Part shown: one piece after another, positions 55,560 through 64,000 of the stretch
How the letters are laid out: each line of letters starts with the position of its first letter
How positions within the stretch are numbered: position 1 is the first letter of the stretch
Assembly (NCBI GenBank): GCA_002402995.1
Contig: DHGX01000001.1
Span: 85,625 to 149,624 of the forward strand
Direction: 5' to 3'
DNA: 64,000 nt
Source of the DNA: Patescibacteria group bacterium UBA4787
Lineage (GTDB): Bacteria; Patescibacteriota; Patescibacteriia; UBA2591; UBA4787
The notes under the pieces: model-generated
Seen by the model: the letters and a program-made list of their open reading frames with translations, nothing else
The model's database searches: none
What the model was told of the DNA's origin: nothing
Position numbers and translations under genes: made by a program

Positions 55560-55890
55560 TTTTTGGCAAGTTGATACCGAGAAGATTTTTAAAATTTAAT
55601 ATTTCGGCGCTATCCACACTTTATCCCCATTTTATCCTCGAAACTCCAAAAAATTTCGTTTCAATTATAAACGATCGATGTTATAATTGGCGAACGGAGG
55701 AACAGACAATTTTTTGTCTAATTCTGTAGCGAGCCAATTTCACAGAGCGAAGCAAGTATAATTGGCAGCAGGGATAAAACAAAAATTTTCCGCCAGCTGG
55801 CGGATTGATTTTATCCGAAGCGCTCAAATTTCAGAAGCGAGGCGACTATATTTTTTTTGTTGATCAAGCTAATAAAAATAAAATAAATTT
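55560..55890. promoter_or_regulatory. Candidate chromosomal origin (oriC) region upstream of dnaA
   Basis: Consecutive DnaA-box-like 9-mers cTATCCACA (55611), TTATCCCCA (55621) and TTATCCTCG (55632), and TTATCCGAA (55810). The flank is AT-rich and dnaA is immediately downstream. The region also contains repeat family 2 copies (55683-55760, and a degenerate one at 55757-55850). Confidence 0.5.
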
Positions 55891-57252
55891 ATGGAGATAA
55901 ATCGGGAACAATTGTGGCAGGCTGTTATGGCAGAATTAGAGTTAATTATTCCCCGAGTAAATTTTTTAACATGGTTCCAGAGCACGCATTTATTGACGGC
56001 TAATTGTGAGAGCGGCGAAGCGGTGGTCGGTGTGCCGAACAATTTTACCAAAGAATGGTTAGAGAAAAAATACCATAAATCTATACTTAATATTTTACAA
56101 AATTTAACTGACAACAAGGTTAAAATAATAATTTATCAAGTAGAGGGAACGCCAATCACTATTTCCAAAACTATCCCCAAGGTTGATTTAGCGCGCCTGG
56201 AAAAAATGATGCCGACAGAAGAGCCGAACATTTCTGAGCTTAATCCACGTTATACTTTCGAAATGTTTGTCGTGGGTAAAGGGAACGAGTTGGCTTATGC
56301 TGCCGCGCAAGCAGCCGCCGAAGCTCCCGGGGAAAAATATAACCCACTTTTTATCTACGGTGGTGTTGGTTTGGGTAAAACTCATCTTTTGCAAGCAATC
56401 GGCGGCGCCGTTTTAAAAAGAAATGGCCGTCTAAAAGTTATGTATACAAATGCCGAGAAATTTACCAATGAATTCGTCAGGGCTATTCGCGACGGCAACG
56501 TGGAAAAGTTTAAAAGAATTTATCGCAACCTGGACGTATTTTTAATCGACGATATACAATTTATCGCCGGCAAAGAAAGCACACAAGAAGAATTTTTCCA
56601 TACCTTTAATGCTTTGCATCAAAAAGACAAACAGATTGTAATAACATCCGATCGCTTGCCCAAAATTATTCCGGCTCTAGAAGAAAGGTTAATGTCCCGT
56701 TTTGAATGGGGCTTGATCGCCGATGTTTCTTCGCCAGACTTAGAAACCAGAATGGCTATTTTGAATAGCAAATGTAAAGAAAGGAATTATGAATTAAGCC
56801 AGGAAATTATCCAATATCTTGCCAGTCATATCCAGAAGAATGTGCGCGAATTAGAGGGCGCTTTAAGTAAAATTATGGCTTATCATGAGATGAATAGAAC
56901 GATTCCGACTATAGATTCAGTGAAACAAATAATGTCTAGTTTAGCCGCACAACCCAAGAAGTCTTTGATTAATTCAAAGCAGCTTATTAACGCAGTGGCA
57001 GAATTTTATGGGATCAAGCTTCCCGACTTGGTCGGCGATTCTCGAAAAAAAGAATTGGTTGGTCCGCGTCAAGTAGCTATGTTTTTATTGCGTGAAGAGT
57101 TAAACGTTTCGTTCCCATTCATCGGCCAAGAATTGGGTAATCGCGATCATACTACGGCTATGCACGCTCACGATAAAATCAAAAAAGAATTGGAGGGTGA
57201 TGGCCGCGTTAAACAAGAGATTGATTATATTAAACAAAGGCTTTATAATTAA
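55891..57252 (+). CDS. dnaA: Chromosomal replication initiator DnaA
   Basis: Walker A GGVGLGKTHLL, box VII, and the C-terminal DNA-binding helix (GNRDHTTAMHAHDKI). Confidence 0.9.
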   Translation: MEINREQLWQAVMAELELIIPRVNFLTWFQSTHLLTANCESGEAVVGVPNNFTKEWLEKKYHKSILNILQNLTDNKVKIIIYQVEGTPITISKTIPKVDLARLEKMMPTEEPNISELNPRYTFEMFVVGKGNELAYAAAQAAAEAPGEKYNPLFIYGGVGLGKTHLLQAIGGAVLKRNGRLKVMYTNAEKFTNEFVRAIRDGNVEKFKRIYRNLDVFLIDDIQFIAGKESTQEEFFHTFNALHQKDKQIVITSDRLPKIIPALEERLMSRFEWGLIADVSSPDLETRMAILNSKCKERNYELSQEIIQYLASHIQKNVRELEGALSKIMAYHEMNRTIPTIDSVKQIMSSLAAQPKKSLINSKQLINAVAEFYGIKLPDLVGDSRKKELVGPRQVAMFLLREELNVSFPFIGQELGNRDHTTAMHAHDKIKKELEGDGRVKQEIDYIKQRLYN

Positions 57253-57293
57253 TATTGTCGTCAATTTCTGATTTTTAGTTTTGAGCCAATTGT

Positions 57294-58130
57294 ATGTATA
57301 TTATTAAGGCCGATGGAAAACGTGAACGTTTTAATGCGAGAAAAATTCTGCGCACTTGTTTGCGTGCCGGCGCTGATCGAATATCGGCCAACGAGGTAAC
57401 GAATCGCATTAACCAAGAGGTGCGTGAAGGAATGACCACGCGCGAGATTTTACAACGCACGCTTTCTTATTTGAACGCAATTAATCCTGCGGTGGCTGCT
57501 AAATATTCTTTAAAAGATTCTATGTTCAAATTGGGTCCGGCTGGTTTCCAGTTCGAACAATTTTTATTAAGGATTTTTCAGGAATACGGATACCGAACAA
57601 AACATTCTCAAATTATTCAAGGCGCTTGCGTTAAACACGAAATAGATATTGTATTATTCTCAAAAAATATTTATTCAACAGTGGAATGCAAATATCATAA
57701 CTCTCCCGGCGTTTATACCGGCATTAAAGATGTACTTTATGTTTGGGCCAGATTTTTAGACCTGCGCGACGGTTACAAGAAAGGACTGTGCGCTAATTTT
57801 AAAGAAGCGTGGCTGGCTTCTAATACCAAGTTTTCCGACTGGACGATTCAATATGCTGAGTGTAAAAAAATGAAGCTTTTGGGTTGGAATTGGCCGGTCG
57901 AAGGAGGCCTGGAGAAATTAATTGAAAACAAAAAACTTTATCCAATCACAATTATCCCTAATTTGGAACCCGATCTTCGGGCAAGGTTCGTTAAAGCAAA
58001 TATTATATTGTGTCGTGACTTGGTTTCTTATGATTCAACTCGCCTATTATCTGTGGCCAAAGTTAAAGCCAGTCGTCTAAAAGATATAATTTCGTTGGCC
58101 GATCAGATATTGAATCATTCTAATTATTAA
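57294..58130 (+). CDS. ATP-cone domain protein with C-terminal PD-(D/E)xK nuclease-like domain
   Basis: N-terminal IIKADGKRERFNARKILRTCLRAG is ATP-cone-like; the C-terminal HEIDIVLF...VECKYH looks like a restriction-endonuclease-like core. Confidence 0.45.
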   Translation: MYIIKADGKRERFNARKILRTCLRAGADRISANEVTNRINQEVREGMTTREILQRTLSYLNAINPAVAAKYSLKDSMFKLGPAGFQFEQFLLRIFQEYGYRTKHSQIIQGACVKHEIDIVLFSKNIYSTVECKYHNSPGVYTGIKDVLYVWARFLDLRDGYKKGLCANFKEAWLASNTKFSDWTIQYAECKKMKLLGWNWPVEGGLEKLIENKKLYPITIIPNLEPDLRARFVKANIILCRDLVSYDSTRLLSVAKVKASRLKDIISLADQILNHSNY

Positions 58131-58146
58131 AAATTTGAATAAATTT

Positions 58147-58222
58147 ATTTGTGAGCAAGCGAGGGAAAAGCAAATGAATTTGCTTTTCCGAGCGAGCGAA
58201 ACAAACACAGGGTTAATAGTTT
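58147..58222 (-). repeat. Intergenic repeat family 1 copy (reverse orientation) with perfect internal palindrome
   Basis: GAGCAAGCGAGGGAAAAGCAAATGAATTTGCTTTTCCGAGCGAGCGAAACAAACACAGGGTTAATAG. Confidence 0.6.
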
Positions 58223-58298
58223 GACGTTTGCATAAGTTGACGCATAGAGCACGCTCTGTGCGGGCATCAAGCTTGCCCCGTGGTAAACACCTTTATAT

Positions 58299-59981
58299 AT
58301 GGATAATTCAACAAGCAAAATTAAATTAACCGAGGAAGAGGGAGCGGCAAAATTACAGGAAAAATTAAAAACAATTAGTAGTAAGGGCGAAGAAGAGGAA
58401 GTAGAAGAAAAAGCCCGTTTTGCCGGTTTAAGTTATGTCAACTTGGTTCGTTTTCCGATTGCGCCGGAAGCCCTATCTCTATTGACCCCAGAAGACGCTT
58501 TAAAATATCACGCCATTTGTTTTTATGCCGGCGAGCGAGACGCCAAGATTGGTTTTGTAAAAGCCGAAGACCAGACTGTCAAAGAAGTTAAAGAAATGAT
58601 TGAATCCATTTACCGCCTTAAATTAGAAGTTTTTTTAATTTCTCAGACAAGTTTCGATTACGGATATAAATTATACGCTTCTTTGCCCAAGGTTAGTAAA
58701 TTTGCTACAGGCGTGGAAATCACCGAAGAGAATTTGAAAAAATACCAAGTTGCCATCAAAACTTTCCGCGACTTGGACCAAAAAATTAAAGAAGTTTCTA
58801 TTTCCGACATTATTATTTTAATAATGGCTGCTTCTTTGCAATCTAGAAGCTCGGATATCCATATTGAGGCTGAAGAAGCAGACATTAAAATTAGATTTCG
58901 CGTAGACGGTGTTTTAATTGACGTAGCTTCTTTGCCGAAATCTTTTTGGAAACAAGTAGTCACTAGAATCAAATTGCTTTCCGGATTGAAAATCAATATT
59001 ATTGATAAACCGCAAGATGGCCGTTTTACGATTCATTTGTCTAACGAGAGTATTGATGTTCGTGTTTCTTGTTTGCCGACTGCTTTCGGGGAAAGCGTGG
59101 TGATGAGAATCTTGCGTTCGTCTTCAACCGGGCTTTCTTTTGACAATTTAGGTCTTCGCGGTACGGTTTACGAAAAATTGAAACAAGAAGTAGAGCGACC
59201 AAACGGCATGGTTATTACTACTGGCCCCACAGGTTCAGGTAAAACTACAACGCTATACGCGATTTTGAATAAAATTAATGATCCGGAGACAAAAATTATC
59301 ACACTAGAAGATCCCGTGGAATATCAACTGAAGGGTATTAATCAAAGTCAGGTTGATCCCAGTCGCAATTATACTTTCGCCGCGGGCTTAAGATCTATTT
59401 TGCGCCAAGATCCGGACGTAGTAATGGTTGGAGAAATTCGCGACCTAGAAACAGCAGAGATTGCTATCCAGGCGGCTCTAACTGGCCACTTAGTAATTTC
59501 GACTTTACATACTAATGATGCGGCTGGCGCTCTTCCGCGTTTTTTGTCTATGGGGGTCAAGCCATATCTATTAGCGCCGGCGATTAACGCGATTATTGGT
59601 CAGCGTTTGGTGCGGCGTATTTGCGAACACTGCAAAGAAGAAATGATTTTGTCGCCAGAAGTTTTAGAAAAAGCTAAAAAAACACTTTCAGACATTCCTT
59701 TTGTGTCCGGCGTGAAAGTTGATTTAAACACTCTTAAATTTTATCATGGTTTGGGTTGCGACGAATGCCAGGGTTTGGGTTATAAAGGACGTATAGGCAT
59801 TTATGAAGTTTTTAATATGAACGCGGAAATCGAAAAAGTGATTGTTGGCGGAGAAGTAAGCGAGTATTTAATACGCGATTTAGCTAAAAAACAGGGTATG
59901 TTGACTATGGCGCAAGACGGTATTCTAAAAGCCATAGAAGGTATCACCACCGTAGAAGAAGTTTTCCGTGTTACCGAGTAA
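58299..59981 (+). CDS. pilB: Type IV pilus / type II secretion ATPase (PilB/GspE)
   Basis: Walker A GPTGSGKTT, the Asp box, His box LVISTLHTND, and a C-terminal tetra-Cys CEHC...CDEC. Confidence 0.85.
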   Translation: MDNSTSKIKLTEEEGAAKLQEKLKTISSKGEEEEVEEKARFAGLSYVNLVRFPIAPEALSLLTPEDALKYHAICFYAGERDAKIGFVKAEDQTVKEVKEMIESIYRLKLEVFLISQTSFDYGYKLYASLPKVSKFATGVEITEENLKKYQVAIKTFRDLDQKIKEVSISDIIILIMAASLQSRSSDIHIEAEEADIKIRFRVDGVLIDVASLPKSFWKQVVTRIKLLSGLKINIIDKPQDGRFTIHLSNESIDVRVSCLPTAFGESVVMRILRSSSTGLSFDNLGLRGTVYEKLKQEVERPNGMVITTGPTGSGKTTTLYAILNKINDPETKIITLEDPVEYQLKGINQSQVDPSRNYTFAAGLRSILRQDPDVVMVGEIRDLETAEIAIQAALTGHLVISTLHTNDAAGALPRFLSMGVKPYLLAPAINAIIGQRLVRRICEHCKEEMILSPEVLEKAKKTLSDIPFVSGVKVDLNTLKFYHGLGCDECQGLGYKGRIGIYEVFNMNAEIEKVIVGGEVSEYLIRDLAKKQGMLTMAQDGILKAIEGITTVEEVFRVTE

Positions 59982-60050
59982 CGCACTTGACTCTTCAATA
60001 AGAAATAGGATAGAATTATCTTATTGATAAATAGCACTTTTAAAAATTCA

Positions 60051-60108
60051 CCCCGTTAAATCCTATAGAGTAGGAATTCCGACTAAAGTCGCAATTATTT
60101 AACAAGGG
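60051..60108 (+). promoter_or_regulatory. Leader hairpin CCCCGTTAAAT...ATTTAACAAGGG followed by GTAAATAAAAA and SD AAGGAGG
   Basis: Same architecture and 3' sequence (TTAACA(A)GGGTAAATAAAAA) as the leader at 38782-38835. Confidence 0.5.
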
Positions 60109-60143
60109 TAAATAAAAATTCTCAAAAAAAGGAGGATTCTAAA

Positions 60144-61008
60144 ATGAGGCGTAAAGACTGTGACAGCAAGAATGGTCTGCTTCTGCCATCAGAAGAGCTT
60201 ATTAAGGATAACATCTATCTGATCCAGGGTGTTTTGGAAATCGACATGTTCGGCTATCCTGATGAAGATGGTAATTATGTTCGCTACGACGAATGCTCGT
60301 TGCATTATGTCCGCGACAAGCTTCTACTCTACTGGATGAAGTTGATGAAAGGTGAGCTCAAGCTCGAGGACGAGGAAAGGCGTCCGCTTGTTATCGTCAT
60401 CGATTCACCTGGTGGTAACGTGGCCAGCATGTTCCAGGTTTACGACATCATGCAGAATTTGATAGGCATGGGTATCAAGATTTATACTGTCGGTTTGAGC
60501 CTGTGTGCTTCCGGCGGCGCTTTTCTTCTGATGTCAGGCACTAAGGGTTGCCGCTTTGTTCTGCCGCATACTCGCGTGATGTTGCATCTGGCCCGTCAGT
60601 CTTCCTCCGCAACGCCCGAAGGGGCCTCTGCCTCTCCCGCCGACCCCGTCCGTATCCCAGGGAGAAGCTTTAGAGGAAGACCAGGAAGATCGACTAAGAT
60701 TGTATGAAGAGCAGAAGCGAGTGTATGAAGAGACACTAAAAATAGCCGCTCGTAAGCGTAAACAGAAGGAAGAAGCGGACAAAGAAGCTTTGGCTGAATT
60801 CAGGCGCGTTCAAGAGAAGCTGGTAGATCTCATCATGAAGCACTGCAAAAACGGCGATCAGTCAAGTCGGTCGATCGTTCGGAGCGAGATGGCCAAAAAG
60901 GATTTTTGGTTCGAAGATCAGAAAACAGTTGACTACGGAATCGTCGACCATATCCTTTCGCCAGAAAACGCTCAAGAAATAACCGGATTGCCTCCGAAGG
61001 CTTCCTAG
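60144..61008 (+). pseudogene. clpP: ClpP-family serine protease homolog, reading frame broken (two overlapping ORFs, 60144..60707 and 60580..61008)
   Basis: The N-terminal part has IDSPGGNVASMFQVYDIMQ, GLSLCASGGAFLLMSG and HTRVMLH. The C-terminal part in a different frame has ...SEMAKKDFWFEDQKTVDYGIVDHIL. A roughly 60-bp, very GC-rich segment (60607-60662) sits at the frame junction. Confidence 0.5.
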
Positions 61009-61102
61009 CCTAAATCTGTTCCTGACCCAACTTTTCCGAAAAAGTAACAAAATAAAATCACCGATTTATAATAAATCGGTGATTTTTCTGTTAAATTTAA
61101 TT

Positions 61103-63523
61103 TTATTCACGGATTTTGATTTTGACATTTTCAATCTCAATTTCTTCTCTGGTTTGCTCTGCTACTTCTGACGAGATATTTACTTTGGCCAATTTATTGA
61201 TAATTTTCGCATATTCTAGGACATCTCTATCTTCGATAGAGATGTTTAATATTTTATTGTTTTCTATCTTATTGGTTGTGCGATAATTTCTGATACCGGC
61301 GATGATATTTTTTAATTTTTCAAATTCCGAAACAATTTTTTCGTTAATAAATCTTTTCTCGATTTTCGGCCACCTATCGATCATCAATAAATTTTCTGAC
61401 TTTTCTAAATTTATTTTATCTTTTAGGTTTTGGTAAATAGTTTCCGTCACAAAAGGCGCGAACGGATGGATTAAGCACAGTATATTTTTTAAAAGATATT
61501 TCAAAATGACCAAAGTATTGGCTTTCATCTCCGGCGTTGCGTCTTCAGCCACCTGAGTTTTGCTGATTTCCAAATACCAATCGGCAAATTCGTGCCAGAC
61601 AAAATCGTAAATTTTATGGCCAGCTTCTCCGAATTCGCAATTGTCTATATTTTTAGTTACTTCGCTAATAATTTCATTTAGGCGAGAGAGTATCCATTCG
61701 TCAACCAAGGTAATGGGTTCTATTTTTGTTTTGGGCAGATTGGCGTTATTGTCAATGTTCATTTCTATGAAGCGGGCGATATTCCAAAGTTTATTGATAA
61801 AATTGCGGCAGGCCAAAATTGTTTGTTCGTCGAATTTAATGGCCTGTTGGTCGCGGTTAGTCATATACATCAAACCAAAACGCGTGGCGTCGGATCCGTA
61901 TTTATTGATTAGTTCCAATGGATCAATGCCCGTACCTAAAGATTTGCTCATTCGCCGGCCCTCAACATTCAAAACAGTGGCATGAATGTAAACAGTTTCA
62001 AAAGGAATTTCTTTCATAAATTCCAAAGAAGAAAAAATCATTCTAGCTACCCACAAGAAAATAATATCCTTGGCCGTGGTTAAAAATGACGTAGGATAAA
62101 ATTCTTTTAGGTTTTTGGTTTTTTCCGGCCAGCCTAAAGCGGCGAACGGCCATAAAGCGGAAGAAAACCAAGTGTCCAACGTGTCTTCGTCTTGAATAAT
62201 ATTATTTGAGTCGCAATGCGGGCACTTATTCGGTTTGGTTTGGGAAACAATAGCTTCGCTTTTACAATCGCTACAATAATAAACTGGAATCCTGTGTCCC
62301 CACCATAATTGACGCGAGATGCACCAATCATCAATATTTTCCATCCAATTAATTAAAATATCGTGATAGCGTTCAGGCACGACTTTAACTTTGCCAGATT
62401 TAACCGCTTTAATGGCCGGTTTGATCAATTCGTCCATGCGCACAAACCATTGCTCGGAAATAATTGGCTCAATCGTCGTGCTGCAGCGGTCGCAATATCC
62501 GATTGAATGTTCGTAGTCTTCTATTTTATCCAACAATCCTTGTTGTTCTAAGAGTTTTACTATTTTTTCGCGCGCTTCTATGGTGGTTAGGCCTTCAAAG
62601 TCTTCGCCCGCTTCCTTGGTCATTTTCGCATCAGTGCCAATCACGTTAATAATGTCCAATTTATTAGTTTTTCCAATCTGCCAATCAACTTTATCGTGAG
62701 CCGGCGTTATTTTTACTGCGCCGGTGCCGAAAGTCATATCAATCTTATGGTCAGCCACAAATTTTATTTTGCGGTTAACGACAGGTAAGATAATGGTTTT
62801 GTCTAATAAATTTTTATATCTTTCGTCGTTGGGATTAATTGCCACGGCTGTATCGCCGAGCATGGTTTCCGGTCGGGTGGTGGCAACTGTCACATAACCA
62901 GAGTCATCTTCATAAGGATATTTGATATACCAAAGTTTAGTTTTTTCGGGTTTATATTTTACTTCTAAGTCGGAAATAGCGCTGTTGCAACGCGGGCACC
63001 AATTAACGATGCGTGGCCCTTTATAGATATAGCCCTTTTTCCAATAATTAACGAAAGCCTCAAAAACTGCTTGCGAATATTTTTCATCAAGCGTGAATCT
63101 CTGGCGCGACCAATCGCAAGAGCAGCCTAAAAGTTTGAGCTGGCTAACAATCAAACCGCCATATTCTTTAACCCATTGCCAAACTCGTTCAATAAATTTC
63201 TCTCGGCCCAACTGATGTCGGTTAGTTCCCTCTTTGACAAGCTGTTTTTCCACTACATTTTGCGTGGCAATACCCGCATGATCGGTGCCGGGCATCCAAA
63301 GCGTTTGGAAGCCCTGCATTCTTTTGAATCTGATTAATAAATCTTGAATCGTGTTATCCAGAGCGTGTCCCATATGCAGAGATCCGGTAACATTTGGCGG
63401 GGGGATCATAACCACATATTTTTTTTTGCAATTTTTTAAATTATCCGGGTTAAAAAATCCACTTTCTTCCCAAAGCTTATAGATTTTTTCTTCATTTTGT
63501 TTCGGCTCGTAAATTTTATCCAT
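61103..63523 (-). CDS. valS: Valyl-tRNA synthetase
   Basis: PPPNVTGSLHMGHA (HIGH), KMSKS (RMSKSLGT), and an editing-domain-sized insertion; 806 aa. Confidence 0.85.
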   Translation of the reverse strand: MDKIYEPKQNEEKIYKLWEESGFFNPDNLKNCKKKYVVMIPPPNVTGSLHMGHALDNTIQDLLIRFKRMQGFQTLWMPGTDHAGIATQNVVEKQLVKEGTNRHQLGREKFIERVWQWVKEYGGLIVSQLKLLGCSCDWSRQRFTLDEKYSQAVFEAFVNYWKKGYIYKGPRIVNWCPRCNSAISDLEVKYKPEKTKLWYIKYPYEDDSGYVTVATTRPETMLGDTAVAINPNDERYKNLLDKTIILPVVNRKIKFVADHKIDMTFGTGAVKITPAHDKVDWQIGKTNKLDIINVIGTDAKMTKEAGEDFEGLTTIEAREKIVKLLEQQGLLDKIEDYEHSIGYCDRCSTTIEPIISEQWFVRMDELIKPAIKAVKSGKVKVVPERYHDILINWMENIDDWCISRQLWWGHRIPVYYCSDCKSEAIVSQTKPNKCPHCDSNNIIQDEDTLDTWFSSALWPFAALGWPEKTKNLKEFYPTSFLTTAKDIIFLWVARMIFSSLEFMKEIPFETVYIHATVLNVEGRRMSKSLGTGIDPLELINKYGSDATRFGLMYMTNRDQQAIKFDEQTILACRNFINKLWNIARFIEMNIDNNANLPKTKIEPITLVDEWILSRLNEIISEVTKNIDNCEFGEAGHKIYDFVWHEFADWYLEISKTQVAEDATPEMKANTLVILKYLLKNILCLIHPFAPFVTETIYQNLKDKINLEKSENLLMIDRWPKIEKRFINEKIVSEFEKLKNIIAGIRNYRTTNKIENNKILNISIEDRDVLEYAKIINKLAKVNISSEVAEQTREEIEIENVKIKIRE

Positions 63524-63535
63524 ATTTATAGATTT

Positions 63536-63620
63536 TATAATTGGCGAGCGGAGGAATAGACAAATTTTTTTGTCTGATTCCGTAGCGAGTCAATTTCACG
63601 CGCAAAGCAAGTATATTCTA
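63536..63620 (+). repeat. Intergenic repeat family 2 copy upstream of valS
   Basis: ATAATTGGCGAGCGGAGGAATAGACAAATTTTTTTGTCTGATTCCGTAGCGAGTCAATTTCACGCGCAAAGCAAGTATA. Confidence 0.6.
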
Positions 63621-63667
63621 TATTACTTTTTTTGGTTTGACAATTCTTCATGTCACTCCTTCAGAGA

Positions 63668-63856
63668 TTGACAAATGGCAAATTTTTTGATTTAATCTTA
63701 TCAGCAAAAAGAAAATTTAAAATTATTTATTGATGTGGCGACCGCGCCCGATACGTATTCGTCAACTTGTGTAATCACCACCCAATAGATTTTGGTGGTT
63801 TGAGCTGTTTGTTTAAAAATAAGACGCCTCTCCAAAAGTGGAGAGATGTTTTTTAT
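63668..63856 (+). ncRNA. Candidate small RNA transcription unit (promoter to terminator, about 150 nt)
   Basis: The promoter TTGACA, 17 nt spacer, TTTAAT (63668-63696) and the terminator ctctccaaaagtggagag followed by ATGTTTTTTATTT (63826-63856) bracket a sequence with an internal hairpin ACCACCcaatagattttGGTGGT. There is no convincing ORF on the plus strand. Confidence 0.3.
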
Positions 63857-63904
63857 TTGATTTAATTCTTTGAAGCTTCGCTTTGTCAGTTGGCGAATCA
63901 AACT

Positions 63905-64000
63905 CCAAGATTTACTTCAGTAATTCCAACGCCTTGTCCAGTTGCGGGTCTTTCTTTTCTTCTAAGTCTTTATCGGTTATTTTAACTTCAATGTCCGGCT
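63905..64000 (-). CDS. 3' end of an unidentified minus-strand gene (partial, runs off the window)
   Basis: Open frame reading ...PDIEVKITDKDLEEKKDPQLDKALELLK* ending at 63905. Confidence 0.3.

Overview
By eye the window comes from a small, AT-rich, compact bacterial genome with a candidate-phyla-radiation/Patescibacteria-like appearance. It has short intergenic regions, many lineage-specific hypothetical and secreted proteins, and a 16S rRNA gene that has its own promoter and terminator and is not followed by a 23S. Promoters with a TTGACAAA -35 box recur throughout.

Housekeeping content:
- The end of a dcw cluster (murD 3' part, ftsW, ftsB/divIC-like), tspO, a PAP2 phosphatase, pcm and yraN.
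- nusA, two tandem HExxH-containing paralogs, tig, a metallophosphoesterase, an RRM protein, tRNA-Gly and tRNA-Pro.
- A three-copy tandem paralog family, a SpoIID/LytB protein, aspS, ftsX, dksA/traR-like, lspA and yifB/comM.
- An HD protein, a glycoside-hydrolase-like protein, rbfA, tyrS, rpsP, a KH protein, trmD and the 16S rRNA.
- tRNA-Phe, tRNA-Val and tRNA-Ala, a MazG-like protein, an SMC-like protein, rnc, nusB, rpmF, dnaA with a candidate oriC, pilB/gspE, valS, and a frameshifted clpP-like gene.

The standout is an approximately 8.6 kb GC-elevated island at 6370-14900 encoding an apparently complete Pup-proteasome system. It has an ARC/Mpa-type AAA ATPase, 20S beta and alpha subunits, a Pup-like 67-aa protein ending in -GQ, and three PafA/Dop-family paralogs. 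Two of those paralogs share a 59-bp perfectly identical tract. All are driven by host-style promoters that share a leader motif.

The window also carries several families of intergenic repeats and miniature inverted-repeat elements, two of which abut start codons. All calls come from reading the sequence and from recalled family motifs; no database searches were run.
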